NCBI RefSeq assembly: GCF_000829235.1 | Contig: NZ_AP012549.1 | Coordinates: 330,001-362,000 of the forward strand | Direction of reading: 5' to 3' | Origin: a cyanobacterium endosymbiont of Epithemia turgida isolate EtSB Lake Yunoko | Lineage (GTDB): Bacteria; Cyanobacteriota; Cyanobacteriia; Cyanobacteriales; Microcystaceae | DNA: 32,000 nucleotides | In this document: positions 30,623-32,000 of the stretch, piece after piece | How positions within the stretch are numbered: the first letter of the stretch is position 1 | How the letters are laid out: every line of letters begins with the position of its first letter | Made by a program: the position numbers and the translations under genes | The notes under the pieces: generated by a model | What the model saw: only the letters and a program-made list of their open reading frames with translations | Database searches by the model: none | What the model was told of the DNA's origin: nothing

Positions 30623-32000
30623 CTACCAAGATTTCTTTAAAGAAGTAAAATCAGGAATACAATTATTTTGTATATAGTCAATGTATCTCTCTTTTTCTTG
30701 ACGACATTTATCTTCGTCCCAACTACAATGTCGACTCAGAGTCTCTATAAGACTTGGCAGTAAATCGATTCCATAATCAGAGTGTATAGCAAGAGTAGTA
30801 CGACGACGCATAATATCTACTAAAGTGTAAGCTAGTTCATGACGAACTGCATAAACAATTTGGGCTTTGATATCGGGAAGTTCAGGAACAATAACTGCTG
30901 CCAAATCCGGTTCTGAGTCTGTTAACGCTAAAATATCTAGTGTTTTTGCTCCATACATGGATAACAAATGATCGATGGTCTGGTTCGAAACGCGATCATG
31001 ATATTCCGTTAAAACTTTTTGTACACGGAAATCACTCGGTAGAATCGAGCCTGGAAGAGGTTTATCTTCTGTCGGACAAGGGGGGACAGGTTTTCCTTGT
31101 CGCTTAAAGACCATATCGACTACTTCTTCGCCCACTTGGCGATAAGTGGTTAATTTTCCTCCAATTAAAGAAATTAGGTTAGTTACTCCTTCTTTAGTGT
31201 GATCAAAGAAGATGTGTTTGCGGGTAATACTCCCTGTGTTTTTACCTTCAACATTAGGAAGAGGACGTACTCCTGAATAAGTAAACTGTATGTCTTTACG
31301 CGAAAGTCGAGCGTTGGGAATAATATTATTAGTTTCCCTCAATAAATAGTCAATTTCATCATTGTCGGCTTTGAGTTGCTCTAGACTCCCTTTAAATGGT
31401 TGGTCAGTAGTTCCAATTAAATACATCCCGTCCCAAGGTACAATAAAGAAGGGACGACCATCAGATTTAGCCTCTACATAAAGACTGGTATTGAGTGCCC
31501 CAACAAAGGGTTTAACTACAATATGACTACCTTTTGTTCCACCAATTTTCTTTGTTTTACCAATGGGGGCCTCTCTGCTATCTTTCATCCCCAACCGACA
31601 GATATGATCAACCCAAGGGCCTACCATGTTAATCACTATCGATTTGTCATGTCCATTAACGATAAATTCCTGGTCTGTCCAATAGTCTTTACAGGTCAGA
31701 GATGTAATTCTATTGCCCTGACGGTGTAAGTGAATCACTTCAACGTAACTAAAAACCGTCGCTCCGGCCGCTTTTGCCGAGAGAATATTTTCTAAACACA
31801 ATCTTTCTGCATAAGTTACTTGAGCGTCATAATATTGAGCTCCTCCAGCTAACCCATCTGGATCGATAGAGGGAAAAAGTTGTTTAAATTGGGCAGAAGG
31901 TAACATTCGATGAGAAGGAACTGTTTTATCCGCACTTAAAATATCATAAAGTATCATTCCCGCCCAAATTTTCCAATAAGGACGAGAGCGATCACGGTAA
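30623..32000 (-). CDS. glpD: FAD-dependent glycerol-3-phosphate dehydrogenase/oxidase (GlpD family), 5' end beyond the window
   Basis: The reading frame stays open upstream of the track's first Met (…YRDRSRPYWKIWAGMILYDIL…) to position 32000, so the N-terminal FAD-binding part is outside the window. The visible part matches GlpD central and C-terminal blocks (YYDAQV.YAERL, GGKLTTYR, C-terminal helical domain). Confidence 0.85.
   Translation of the reverse strand, partial: YRDRSRPYWKIWAGMILYDILSADKTVPSHRMLPSAQFKQLFPSIDPDGLAGGAQYYDAQVTYAERLCLENILSAKAAGATVFSYVEVIHLHRQGNRITSLTCKDYWTDQEFIVNGHDKSIVINMVGPWVDHICRLGMKDSREAPIGKTKKIGGTKGSHIVVKPFVGALNTSLYVEAKSDGRPFFIVPWDGMYLIGTTDQPFKGSLEQLKADNDEIDYLLRETNNIIPNARLSRKDIQFTYSGVRPLPNVEGKNTGSITRKHIFFDHTKEGVTNLISLIGGKLTTYRQVGEEVVDMVFKRQGKPVPPCPTEDKPLPGSILPSDFRVQKVLTEYHDRVSNQTIDHLLSMYGAKTLDILALTDSEPDLAAVIVPELPDIKAQIVYAVRHELAYTLVDIMRRRTTLAIHSDYGIDLLPSLIETLSRHCSWDEDKCRQEKERYIDYIQNNCIPDFTSLKKSW

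Noticed and set aside
1-32000. I searched for tRNA, rRNA, tmRNA, RNase P and SRP RNA genes.
   Set aside because: Every GTTCGAA/GTTCAAA-type T-loop candidate I spotted lies inside a protein-coding gene or lacks acceptor and anticodon arms. I saw no conserved cores of the other RNAs. A tRNAscan/Infernal run would be definitive.

Overview
This is 32 kb of very AT-rich cyanobacterial chromosome. The diagnostic content is petN, a CrtR-type carotene hydroxylase, two DUF4168 paralogues, DUF2062, and cyanobacterial-style TyrS, TrpS, MetF, ArgB, GlpD and ABC-F. By my hand tally only about half of the window (~16 kb) is intact coding sequence. The rest is ORF-free AT-rich DNA, the largest block being ~4.3 kb at 10643-14901. 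It also holds three recognisable pseudogenes (alpha-carbonic anhydrase, a CBS-pair protein, a TPR-like/TM/coiled-coil protein) and one gene interrupted at an A9 tract. Housekeeping genes are intact, accessory genes are dissolving, and I saw no transposase. That pattern fits a genome in reductive evolution, such as a host-associated or endosymbiotic cyanobacterial lineage; the organism cannot be determined from the sequence alone. I found no rRNA, tRNA, CRISPR array, transposase/integrase, or recognisable defence or biosynthetic cluster, and I do not see a convincing novel multi-gene system. The most unusual items are listed here. (1) A hydrophobic Gly-periodic repeat protein (Gly every 5th residue, six tandem 30-bp units) has its ATG separated from the repeat frame by a 1-nt frameshift in an A9 run. 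It is followed by an uncharacterised 382-aa Q-rich coiled-coil protein. (2) A 29-codon petN gene is absent from the ORF track. (3) A set of unusually long, perfectly paired AT-rich hairpins occurs, several of them orphaned inside gene deserts. (4) Gene-decay intermediates show readable inactivating lesions.
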